64,000 nucleotides of DNA from Spongospora subterranea f. sp. subterranea (lineage: Eukaryota): the NCBI GenBank assembly GCA_049724395.1, contig JAUGWO010000007.1, positions 186,001 through 250,000 on the forward strand. Reading direction: 5' to 3'. Of the stretch, positions 52,300 through 63,507 are shown piece after piece. The notes beneath the pieces were generated by a model that was not told the origin of the DNA, searched no databases, and was given only the letters and a program-made list of their open reading frames with translations. The translations under genes were made by a program, and so were the position numbers. Numbering within the stretch: position 1 is the stretch's first letter; each line of letters opens with the position of its first letter.

Positions 52300-53925
52300 C
52301 AATTCGGCATTATGCGACGATACAACCGCGAATTCGCAGTTCGTGATTTCGTTCCGTTGAAGGATAAATGTGACAAGTTTTCACAGAATCAACATTCAGA
52401 TTATCTGTTTCACCAGGCAGGCGTGCGGCTAAGGGTATCTATCTGGTTTGACCTGATTCGTCGAGTCAGCAATTGCGGAGAATCAAGATCCCGATAAAAC
52501 ATCATCTACGACAAGCCAACGCCGCACTTGCTCAGGGGTATCAGTAGATAACAATGATGAGCAGTCAGCAGCACAGCAGCTGTTCAGCTACAGCAATGTG
52601 CTCGATCTATTCCGTGTGCAATAGGGTTCCGTTTTGCCAACAAAGTTATTGATTTACACATCGCTGCCGATTCCAACGGAGCTTTGGTCGTCCATATCAA
52701 TGGATTTCATAGTTAAGTTACCGCGATCCTCAAATTTTGATTCAATCTTGGTGATAGTCGACCGTTATTTAAAAAATGAGCCACTTTATGAGTCAATCAC
52801 ATCGTCTCAGCTGGCAGAACTGGTAATTCAAAACATGTTTCGCTTGCATGGACTTCCCGATGAGATTGTTTCGGACCGAGGACCTCGGTTTGTCTCTCTT
52901 TTTTGGAAACAGCTACTATTTCGACTGGGAATCAAAAGAAAATTATCATTATCCAGACATCCTGAAACGGATGGCCAGACAGAAAGGGTTAACCAAGCCC
53001 TCGAGCAGTTTCTTCGTTGTTATATTAGTTTCCTGCAAGACGATTGGGTAGACGAACTTGCAATGGCAATGCGTATAACAATGCAGTCCATTCATCGACA
53101 GGATTGACACCCTTCTTCGCCAATTGCGGATACAATCCAAGAATCCATGATCCCCGAGCATCATCAACGACATCTTCCGCCGACGATCGTGCCGATCATC
53201 TTCATAACATTCGACAATTTCTTCAGAAACAACTCCGTCAGGCGGTTCACCACATGAAGCAATCAGCAGACAAACGCCGAGGTCAGCATCGGCGCCTGGA
53301 GGTTGGTGAAAAGGTTATGCTGCGACGAGGCCAGATTCCTACGAACCGCCCATGTAGCAAACTCGATTTCAAGTTTTTGTGACCATATTCAGTTACCGAA
53401 GTCATCAATGGTGTCACGTACAGAATCGACCTTCCGTCGACGACACGGTTGCAAGTGTGTTCCACATATCGCTCCTTGACCCCTACGTCGAAAACACTAT
53501 TCCATCACGCACACAGCTGCCACCGCCTCCCATTATCCTTGAGTCAGACGGTCAGCGATTATACATTGTGGAAAAGGTTTTGGATTCCCAATACCACAGA
53601 GGTCGGCTGCAATACCTCATAGAGTGAAAAGGTTACCCGCCATCGGAACGTTCGTGGGAACTCGCAGCCAGTTTAGGAGCTACGGCTGGATTACAGGAAG
53701 AAATTAGCAATTGGCACAAAAAAAATCCAACTAAACCTGGACCGGCTGCCCGGAAAAAAAGGAACATTGCCGAACAGGGGGACTACAGTGTTAGGAACAT
53801 AACACGAAACGTAACATTGTGGGTTCAGCCCTTACTTATATAGGAGTATAATACAGATAAGTCCGAAACCGTCGTCAGTCGGTTAAGGGATTCCTAATCG
53901 CGTGTGTGCCGTTGTATTTCTGACA
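52300..53925 (+). mobile_element. Decayed Ty3/gypsy chromovirus LTR retrotransposon (RNase H remnant, integrase, chromodomain, PPT, LTR)
   Basis: WSSISMDFIVKLP, ILVIVDR, HGLPDEIVSDRG, HPETDGQTERVNQ, AYNNAVHSSTGLTPF, VFHISLL, chromodomain YIVEKVLDS...LQYLIE*KGY..SERSWE, and purine tract aacaggggg before TG at 53789. Contains stops and frameshifts. Confidence 0.92.
53789..53925 (+). repeat. Short LTR (137 bp, TG...CA)
   Basis: Starts tgttagg a few nt after the PPT and ends tctgaca. A TATA-like tatata lies at about 53837. The right boundary is confirmed by the inverted copy. Confidence 0.8.
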
Positions 53926-53997
53926 GGTTTAACCGACCAAAAAAATTCGCCGCCGTGCGTTTCATCTCAAATTTGTTCCGTTTATTCATATCGCCAC

Positions 53998-54101
53998 TGT
54001 CAGAAATACAACGGCACACACTGACGACGGTTTCGGACTTATCTGTATTTTATACCTATAAGTACGGGCTGAACCCACAATGTTACGTTTCGTGTTATGT
54101 T
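53998..54101 (-). repeat. Inverted, internally deleted copy of the same LTR
   Basis: tgtcagaaatacaacggcacac...tgacgacggtttcggacttatctgtatt...gggctgaacccacaatgttacgtttcgtgttatgtt is the reverse complement of 53796-53925 minus about 24 bp. Confidence 0.9.
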
Positions 54102-54241
54102 GCGGTAGGTGGGTGGCACCCTGATCCTGTGATACGCCAGGGGGATCAGTCATCAGAGGGGAACAGACAGACGGGATCACTGATCAGGGTATAAAATCCG
54201 TGACATGATTTGAGGGGGCCGCCCCGTGTCAATCCAAAACA

Positions 54242-54727
54242 ATGTCGGTCAACGGCGTTCGCCAGTTGAAGCGCGTCATCTTGAACTATTGTCACTGGGG
54301 AGGATCCAGCATGTTCATGAGGTAGAGAGCACAACTAAATCGCTTTTCCGTTTTGTGAACGTTTGTTACAGAGATTTCTTGAAGAGCGCCAAGCTCATTC
54401 GCTTTGCTGAAGCGAATTCCGAACTAGAAATAATCGCACGAAAGCGGAAGGGCCATCCTTTTCTTTTAGGAGAATACGGTAAGACAAATACTGTCACCAA
54501 GCTTAGATCTTGTTTTTAGATGATGATATTCGTATACAGTGAACGGGACATCACATCAGATTTGCGTTAAGAACCAGCCTGATAACATCATCATATCTAC
54601 ACTTTATCAACTAAGGAACCGCTCCGGCAGACTCTCATCATCTGTAAAATATTGGCAAAAGCCCAGAACCCTCCATCCTTCGATTCAAGGTCGTTGGACC
54701 CCTACCAAAATCGCCCTTACCCCCTAA
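54242..54727 (+). CDS. MRPL43: Mitochondrial ribosomal protein mL43
   Basis: Spliced NGVRQLKRVILNYCHWGGSS..MRDFL, HPFLLGEYVNG, ICVKN, LRNRSGR, PSIQGRWTP. Confidence 0.88.
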
Positions 54728-55112
54728 TAAACTTTACGGAAACCGCTATCTTTGCATTTGTAGATTGCCAGTCTTTTGGTTTATAATGGTCCCGCAGCAT
54801 GTTCAGTGTATTGATTTAGCAAAATATGTTGTGGATAAGGTTGAACTGCCCCATAGAAGACATTCCCATCGCTCAACGAGAAGGCCCCGCGGATCTCGTG
54901 GGGTTGATGGGTTGGCGCCGTCGGATAACCCATCGGCCATCGCCTCACCCTTCGTGTCTTAACACATTTTGAGACCGGAAAAGAGCCTGTCCCCTTATAT
55001 GTTGAGAAACAATTAGCACGGTTTCACAAGCGTGTTCACCCCATGCGCTTAGGTTGTTTTTCAGTGCACTTTCACCTTGTTGTTTTCAAACCAGCCTTGA
55101 TTGCACTTTTTC

Positions 55113-56658
55113 ATGGCGTTAAAGCAAAATGTGGCATATTCTAAGGTGGAGACCTTGAACAAATTCGACGATGAAAACCAAAATTGTTGCAATGGTTCCG
55201 ATTCGAATCTAGGCTTCCACATATTTTGCTTTGATTTCACTGCTGTTAGCAGCACACAACAGGTTTATCAACGTCTTTCTAACCGATTTCCCATTCTTAT
55301 CCGGTAAATGAATCAGTTTATCTTGGTCACTGTTCTTCTATTCATGTTCTCGCTGCTAAGCTCGGCTCTGGATGAATATACGTTCAAATCAATACCAGAG
55401 TAATCATGATTGAGTATCAGGATGCCTCTGAATTAACGCCCAATTTTTCAGATTCCATTTCCCCCTTTTTGTGACAACTTGGGAGCTTTTTGTATTTTCA
55501 CTACTTGCAATCGCCGAGATCTCATCAAAAAGCAGAAAACAGTTTTTTTCGGTGCGTAATTGGACTCGATCAGCTCCAATTTACAGTCATGCCATGGTCG
55601 CTCTTACTATGAGCATTGGGAGAGGATTCGGCAACGCCAGCCTCCAGAAGCTCAGTTTCCCTACTCATGTGAGCAGCATATATCCCTCGTCTAACAGCGT
55701 ACTGATTAGGATCTAGGTCGTGTTCAAATCGATGAAACTGGTGTCTGTTCTGATTATCAACGTTGTTATGCATAAGTAATTGGCGCCATCATTGGCTTTT
55801 CATCTGGGTGTTTACTGTTGTTTCTTGCGCTAGCAACTTCTCTCGATATTCGATGACGGATTACCTGTCAGCAATCATGCTGGCATCTAGTGCTGCATTA
55901 TTTGCCTTAGGAGACGCTGCTGTCTCAAGCAGCATGGACTTTTTCGAAAATACGCTATTGACTGGGATAATCTTCGTGATGTGCAGTTTATTCTTCAGCT
56001 CAATCCATTCTAATTACCAAGTAATTAACCATTCCATTGTTGAGGGTTGCATCGTCCGTCTGAACACATAGATCAGGAGCGCATTCTCAACCAATACAAC
56101 TCAAGCGTATTGGAACTTCTTTTATATGGCAACCTTTTCGGCTTCTTTTTCGCAGGTATCGATTCAAAGAACACGTGCGGCATTGGTTTAAATGTTTTCA
56201 TAGGCGTCGGATGCTTGTTCAAGGGCGAGCTGTATTCCGCCGTCTTGTTCTGCCTAAACGAACCGGCCATCATGATTTTCTTGACAATCAGGTTGGGTTA
56301 GTTTGATTCCACTCATTTTACCTCCGATGGTGATTTTAATGTGTGTCCCAAGGTCATGTGCAGCTTATATGGGGGTAATGTGTTTTGTCATTCTGATCAA
56401 GCGATGGAATTGTGTCATCGCTACAACAGTCACAACCTGTAGGAAAATCTGTTCAATGGTAATCCAATTTTCTCAGTTATATTTTCATGCTGATATCTGT
56501 TCATAGCTATTAAGCTTCATTATTTTTCCCAAGCCATTTGTGGCCTTTCATATCCCAGCTGTGATATTTTTCATAGCGGGAGCCTCCCTTAGCATTATCA
56601 AAACAAGGAAACAAAAGAAAGCGAAAACCGAAAATATATTACCAACTATACACAAATA
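55113..56658 (+). CDS. UAA-family nucleotide-sugar/PAPS transporter (SLC35B3-like)
   Basis: GNASLQKLSFPTHVVFKSMKLVSV, QERIL, ATTVTTCRK, LSFIIFPKPF; multi-TM and multi-exon. Confidence 0.82.
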
Positions 56659-56759
56659 AAAACAGAATCAATAATGGAATAACTCTGAGGCCTCTTAATA
56701 ATCTAGGATTGATATGTATTTTTTCAAGAAAATGAGGTGAGTAAACAGAACCATGATGC

Positions 56760-57200
56760 TCATTGACCAGCATCAATCGGCATTGTAGCCTTGATACACT
56801 GAGCAAGGTTATCAGGTACATCCATTTTGACAGTCGTGACATGATGGACAAGTAAATCGACTATCTTGCTACAGTTTTTCTGGTATGCCGCCGTCATCGT
56901 CTCTAGGGCTGCTTTGGTTTCACTTTCGAGGTCATTTTGATAGGACTTTATGGAGCCAATATCAAAGCTCGTTTCTTGCTCAAACTTTGCCTGGGCCTGG
57001 GCCCTGAAAGCAGCGATTTCAGATTGTGCTCCTTGTTCCGCTGATTTCAACTTTTTTTTACGATCTAAAGCAAAATGGCTTAAGCGCATTTGCTAGTGAT
57101 GCATATACCAGAATCTACATGCTCGAGCTTCTTCGACGATAGCAGTTGCTTCAGCTTCCGCCGTCAACAGCTGCTGTATTCCTTCATTCCCTGATGCCAT
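56760..57200 (-). CDS. ATP6V1G: V-type ATPase subunit G
   Basis: MASGNEGIQQLLTAEAEATAIVEEAR-intron-RKKKLKSAEQGAQSEIAAFR...IVDLLVHHVTTV. Confidence 0.9.
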
Positions 57201-58194
57201 TGCCCGATTCCTTTATTGTCAAACACGATCGCCCTTGATCTGTGTGTGTGTATCATAGACGGCAGGTTAAGGGACGAGAGGCCGCTCTCGCCACTGCTTT
57301 CTGTTCCTGCGTAACCCCCTTGGCCAATGACCACTTGAACTGTTCTGTCGGTCGGCTGGGCGAGATAATCCCAATACGACTGATTGTAGGTCGAAACGGG
57401 GGCGATGATTATCAGCTGTATTCCCAGTTTGAAGATGGATCGTTTACATAAAGGCATATTGATAAAACCAGGAACCCAATGTCGCTTCGAAAATCAGCAA
57501 TCTGCATATTCTTCTATTTGACAGTGGAGAAGCAAAGAAGGCCTACACGTTGTTGTAAGCATGTACTGGAAACCTCAACTCCCTTCGATGATGCTCTTAG
57601 TGTTAGTAAATCGAAATCGTTGAGAAACTCTAGGGAGGTGCATCAGGGCCCTGACGAACTTGTCATTGCGTTTGTTCCATTTTTTTAAGTCACTAGCCCT
57701 TGTCTTTGACAAGAATTGTTGGGAGCAACCAAGTGGCTTCGGATTAGATGCTGTTAACTGAAACGTAATTTGTATTCCAGTGTTAATTACCTTTTGCAAT
57801 AGCACATGAGATCTAGGATAGCACATGAGAACTAGGAGCAGTGAATCCCATCGACTCGAACAAATCATGGAAGACCGCACAATCCAAAATTTACCTTTAC
57901 GACAACAAGACATAACCAATTATTGAACGGTTGACAATGATGGCATGATTTCGACGTCCATTTTTCACTGAGTACGTATACGAAAAAGGAATCGATTCCT
58001 TGGTGTTGGCAATCATATTCCCCAATGATGAGGGGCATGGAGTCGATCCCTGCTTATATTATATTCAAGGGCTTAACATCGCATCTGATCTAACCACGAT
58101 TCCGCTCAACCAACAGGCAATTACAATGCTTTATGGAAATATTATTCGCATATAGTGATCAAATGGACCCAACATTAGATCGAATATTAAAACG

Positions 58195-58828
58195 TCACGT
58201 AGAATTTGTGCAATCAATATGGAATACGACTGACAAAAAAAATATCAGCGGCTGAAATGATGTGATGTTATGAACACCGCTTACATTGAGGTAAAATACC
58301 AACTTCACCTTTGACAACCGCGTCGACACCCAAGGCTTTCAGCGATCCTCGAACGACACCGCTCATGACCCAGCTATAATGCTGAGCCAGCTTCTGGACC
58401 AGATCCTCATCAGTACTTGACAAATACCGCAACCATCGAACATCATCGTCTTGAATGACATATATTCCTGCATTATTCGTGCGGAGCTGTGAATAATCGC
58501 TCAGATCGAGCGCCAACAACAAAAACCTGCACAGACCACCTACTTTATCTGCGTTCTTATCGAAAAACACATTCCAAATCTCTTTACATAGGAACTTGAA
58601 CACCTCCAGCTGGTTGGTGAACCTAATCTGAGGAGTTGCCAATCAGATGGCGCAATCGAGGCTACATCTGCCAATTACTCGCTTCAGTGTGATGCGCTCT
58701 GCATATCTGAACCCGATGCTGTTCCCGAGCACATCAAAGGCACTACTGGAGAACGGATGGCGAACGATCTGTCCAAGTATCAGATCCAGCGATGCCCGAG
58801 CGATCAGGTCCGAATTTGCCGACGGCAT
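58195..58828 (-). CDS. TRAPPC6: TRAPP complex subunit Trs33/TRAPPC6
   Basis: LGNSIGFRYAER, RFTNQLEVFKFLCKEIW..FFDK..DKLRTNNAGIYVIQD, GVVRGSLKALG. Confidence 0.9.
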
Positions 58829-60316
58829 TATTCGGCAATAAATGGGGTGCGGCCGCAGGTCGGACGGTAGCAGTCGAAAGCGTAGGCCCTGATTGCTTTC
58901 ACACTTTGTAATACGTAAGTGAGCGGGCAATTCATGAGATTATCAGAACCGAGGGCGAATTAACCAGGTCCCCATATGAACCCAAACTTCGACCCGGAAA
59001 AATCTAGGAAGATGTTTTGAAGTGTTCGATCAGCACAAACAACGCTTCTAAAAGTCGGACTTTACTCAGTAAAGGTTTTCATCCCCATTAGTGCTGATAG
59101 AAACAACGAGACATCTGACAAAATGAACAAAAACCCACTTCGCAAAGACTGTTTAACGGAAAATTATCACTCGATTTCGATTGACGTGTTCACATAATCC
59201 TTTATTGATCCGACAAATAGGCCCAATGGTCGGCAGTTTTTCTGTCTCCTTATCAAGTAGTGGAACAACTTCTTCTACGCCAAGGATGCATTTGAGGATT
59301 CGATTTTTTCCCTACCAGCATCGTGTGCTTTTGATTTGTCACAGAATCTGTTTCACATTGTCAAGATCAACACATTTTCCTCGCCGATATATGCAATGAA
59401 GAACGGGTTGAGCACAGAATCGTCCGTTGATTGGTACTTTCTGATCTGGCAGATGAACAATCTGCAGGCATTCGTACAACAGCCGTAACCTGCTGTTCTA
59501 ATAGAACGACCCCCAATTATTTTGACAGACAAAAATATCGACCAGGTCATCACTTCACCTCGTGCGGAATCATCAACGCAAATGATTTGCAGATTTGCAT
59601 TACATTTGTTTGTGAGACATCACCAGATTTTTGAAAAACGTTCTGCACCTTGATTGCGTCCTCTATTGATCAGGCTCTCCCTTGAATGCATTTTTAAGGA
59701 GTCATTCGAACCTTACTTCAGTAGTTTCGTCGTCCATCGTCATCACGCGACGAGGAAAACTGCCCCCATATATATCGAAGGAAATAGAAAACAAAATTTT
59801 AACAAAAATGTGCCGGTTTTATTAGGGCTGGGGGTCAGGAATCGGCGCTATGGGAACGGGACTATTAGGGCTGGGGATTAGGACCTAGGAACTATGGGTA
59901 GGACGAAGGAGCTCAGGGGAACAAGGGATGTATTACTATTCATTCGTTAAAAATCAGATCTGGCGATCCGTAGGATGAGTAGGTCAAGGTTAGGATGAGC
60001 ACTTCCGACGCCAGATCCAAAGGCTACAGGTGCTAAATACTTGTCCTGACAGGTGGGGGAGACGCCGTCGACGATCCGCTAAATCTGGTTTATGAAGACG
60101 GACGAGAGAACAGAAGCCAGTCCGACCATTCACCTGATATTGAGTTTATACCCATAATTATGAACGGGATGCTGCAACTCGTAGAATGTTGCCGGTTTCC
60201 AGACCTCTCGTTGATCCGATCGATTAATTCCTGAAACCGCCAAGCAAATTCAATCTCAAGTCGATCACGCAGTTCGACCGGGGAAATCGATATCATTATC
60301 GATCCGGCGGGTCAAT

Positions 60317-60727
60317 ATGAACAACTACAATCGATTTGACTTCATCAGAAAAGGGCTTCACAGCCAAAGGGTCAAAATTCCTTTCGTCGCTTCCCTGTTG
60401 TTGATGGCGGTTATATCGCTCGCGGCGGTTTTCACGCTCGCCAACGCTTTCAGGTTGTACCATCTGTCGTCGCTTTCGATTGTTTCAGATTCCCCAATTA
60501 CAAGCCAGACTTCTCTTCCAGCGGTGGCGATACCTAACAGTATCGGCAGGATTATCCCTGAGCCAGCTCCCGCTCCACGACCGCTGCCAAAGCACCGAAT
60601 CCAATCGGGACCTTTATCGAAAATCGCAACTACCCGAAGCTCTATCAACGATAACACTGTTATTGACGAGGAATCAATACGTCCACCAATACCGCTGAAC
60701 CAATTTCGAAGTAAACCGGACGAATGA
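60317..60727 (+). CDS. Hypothetical small membrane-anchored protein
   Basis: 136-aa intronless ORF with one hydrophobic segment (FVASLLLMAVISLAAVFTLA) and a Pro/Ser-rich tail. No family recognised. Confidence 0.45.
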   Translation: MNNYNRFDFIRKGLHSQRVKIPFVASLLLMAVISLAAVFTLANAFRLYHLSSLSIVSDSPITSQTSLPAVAIPNSIGRIIPEPAPAPRPLPKHRIQSGPLSKIATTRSSINDNTVIDEESIRPPIPLNQFRSKPDE

Positions 60728-60866
60728 TTTTAAGTCTTTTTGACTCGACCACTCTCCGAAGTTGAGACGTAGATGCGAACAGACCCTAATTTATTGTAGC
60801 CATAGTACAAGATTGATTATCTGTACGTCTCTATCTCGCTCGAACTATTCGGAATTGTTGCAAGAT

Positions 60867-61492
60867 ATGGGTGGCAGCGATGTTGCAGAGCCAAATACAG
60901 TGGACGTCGAACCGATCAGGAAGCGGATCAAGGAGGCGTTCGAACTCTTCGACCGAGATGGGAAAGGGATTATCGTCAAAGAGTAACGGTGACGATCCTA
61001 ACGAGCGTTGCTTGAACAACCTGATGAATTGTGCAGGGAAGTGGGGACTATAATGAGATATCTCGGGTCATATCCCACCGAAAGAGGAACTCTTCTCCCA
61101 AATCATACCCAAAATACGTGAGGACGAGGATTCCCATTTCATCAAGCTGGATCGATTCGAACCGCTCATCATTTCCGCTCTTGCAAGCCAGGAATACAGT
61201 CCCGATTTGGAGGATGTTGTGCTTCAGGCCTTCAAAGTAATTGATCATGAGCGAAAAGGTTATGTCAGCGATTATCGGTGCGTGGGGATTTTTGTTCCCA
61301 TCTGCGATACGCGAAACTGATTCTGTTCGCAGAATGATCCAATTGCTGACGTCGAATGAAACCAAGTTCCGCCAAAAAGAATTGGAACAATTCCTGAAGA
61401 TTACGAAAGATGAAAACAGCGATAAGATCTACTATGAAGACTATGTTGCGATTTTGGCAAAAGATATGGAAGAGTTGCGAGATGCGTTTTGA
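60867..61492 (+). CDS. EFCAB2: EF-hand dynein regulatory complex subunit DRC8/EFCAB2-like (one apparent frameshift at about 61081)
   Basis: KRIKEAFELFDRDGKG..VKEEVGTIMRYLGSYPTE(E)EL, EDVVLQAFKVIDHERKGY, FRQKELEQFLKITKDENSDKIYYEDYVAIL. Confidence 0.8.
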
Positions 61493-61521
61493 CAAGGGTT
61501 CGACATATCATAAATTTAAAA

Positions 61522-63343
61522 TCATGGCTTTATTTGACGAACTGTAGAAAGTGGGCCGATGGCTAGTTGCAGAAATTTTAGGTAGCCGGGACGTAAAACA
61601 GAAGGTTCAAACGCATACATATAGGAGGTGAAAAGAAGTTGATGCGATGAAAGCGGCAACAGCGAGCGAGCTGGAACTTGGCAGTCTAACTGAGTTGTTT
61701 TTACCGAGAATATATGATCGCTTTTAATGTAGATGAGACAGAAATTTACAGTAGGAAAACGGAGGGGCTTACGTATATCAGACAATGAATAGCTTGAGAA
61801 AGGGTATACAGTGATAGTTCCATGCGACGAGATGGGTCTTCAATGAACAGACAGGAACCGGCGGTGAGACCTGTTATCAGCCCAGCAGGGGTTTTTATCT
61901 GCAACCCAACTTTCCTGTGCGAATTCAAGCATCAAAACATATCTATTGACTAGGAGAGTAGCGCCCTGTACCGAAGAAGACATGAACTCAGCCAACCGGC
62001 TGACATGTAACAGCCGATAAACAAAGATGATCGAGCGATACCGAACAACGTATATAATAATTGACGGATAGGTTCTGCAAAAAGTTTCCGATATTTGAAG
62101 AGCACCAACGGAATGAAGTACGCAGATGAGTATAAGGGAATTAAGCGCCATGAACCTCTTATTACTTCAAAGCTATATCGAAGAATTACTTTTAGAATCA
62201 TGTGCGCGATTAGTGTCGAAACAGTGATGAAACAACGTACATGCTTGCTAATAAACAGCTTGCTGTATCTGGATGAAGAAGTGTGCATGTGTTTATTGTA
62301 GAAAGCGACAGAGCAGGTTGTCGAAGATTGGATCTGACCAAGTTTAACGTTTCAAGTTGTAACGGTGAAATGGGAGCCTTCTCAATGCATTGGCGATAGC
62401 ACTCGAAAACAATACGTTGATGGCCGCCTGGAAACTATGAGTAATTTTATTTTACGAACCTGGGTTATACCTTACTTGATTTATCTAGGAACTGCCTGAA
62501 GGATGCCGTTAAGGTCGAGCGATTAAACATCCAATCATGTGTAATAATAGCCGATGATAGAGACATAATCAAGACATCAGCGTGAGGGAAGCCCGGTATG
62601 GCCCCACGCTGAACTAGAAGATCGCACAGCAACGCCATGCTCCTCACCCCTAACGACATAGCAACAGCAATCCTAACTGATTTGGGAGCAAGAATCAACG
62701 ATAATCCTGCAGCAGCTCCGCTTATTATAGTGCTACAGATTGTTGCTCAGTGCATACATGTCAAATGATACAGTACTGGAAATTACATAGTTTTGACAAT
62801 TGAGTCTACATCCTCGCGTTGATCTGCCCGTAAAAAGGGTTGCTCTGCAAGCTTAGCTTGGCATATAGCCATTCCGGTTTCGTATATGCCCAAAAACGAC
62901 CCCACAAAAAGTCCCATTCGAACCGCGTTAGTGGCACATTCCAGTTTATAGAAAGATTGGAAAAATGCTCGTAATGTTGGGCATCGTAATAATGATTGAG
63001 ACAAGGATAGCAACATTTGAACTGAGGCATTTGGTTATCAACCGCCGATATTTACTAGATCCTCATAGGTACCTGATGTTCCGAATGCGAATCCTTTAGC
63101 CGAGCGAATGGCTGCTCGTTTTAGGAGACGAGCGAAAAAACGCGGTCCAAAAATGTTCGGAATGATATTTTCATCATCGCTCGAACCTTCTTGTTCAGTA
63201 AGCAGCCTACAAAGAGAGGTAGTACCCGAAGAGACCGCGCCAATGGCAATTGGTTTTCACACTGACCTCGGACGTGAGGGCAACTTGGCGTGAACGCTGG
63301 TGTCTGAGGCGATGAGCGACTTGATAGGGTGAGTCATATCCAT
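61522..63343 (-). CDS. TMEM135: TMEM135/PXMP4-like membrane protein (one apparent frameshift at about 61631)
   Basis: AVRMGLFVGSF, SGAAAGLSLILAP, CTLLHPDTASC, IARSSLFIGCY, GLTAGSCLFIEDPSRRMELSLY, YAFEPSVLRPGYLKFL. Confidence 0.8.
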
Positions 63344-63454
63344 AAATGATTTCAGATCATCATTGCGCCCCTGATAGATTGATAATTGCACACAAGTACT
63401 GTTTGGATTTGCAACGTTAAGTACAGTACTGTACACACACTGCCCATACACTGC

Positions 63455-63507
63455 GTTGCCGGACTGTTGCCGGACTGGTGCCGGACAGTTGCCCGGACAG
63501 TTGCCGG
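63455..63507. repeat. 11-12 bp tandem repeat (gttgccggact), about 4.7 copies
   Basis: gttgccggact gttgccggact ggtgccggaca gttgcccggaca gttgccgg. Confidence 0.85.

Noticed and set aside
63200..63265. In-frame TGA near the TMEM135 N-terminus suggesting read-through or selenocysteine
   Set aside because: It falls inside a plausible 60-nt GT-AG intron (gtcagt...ttgtag).
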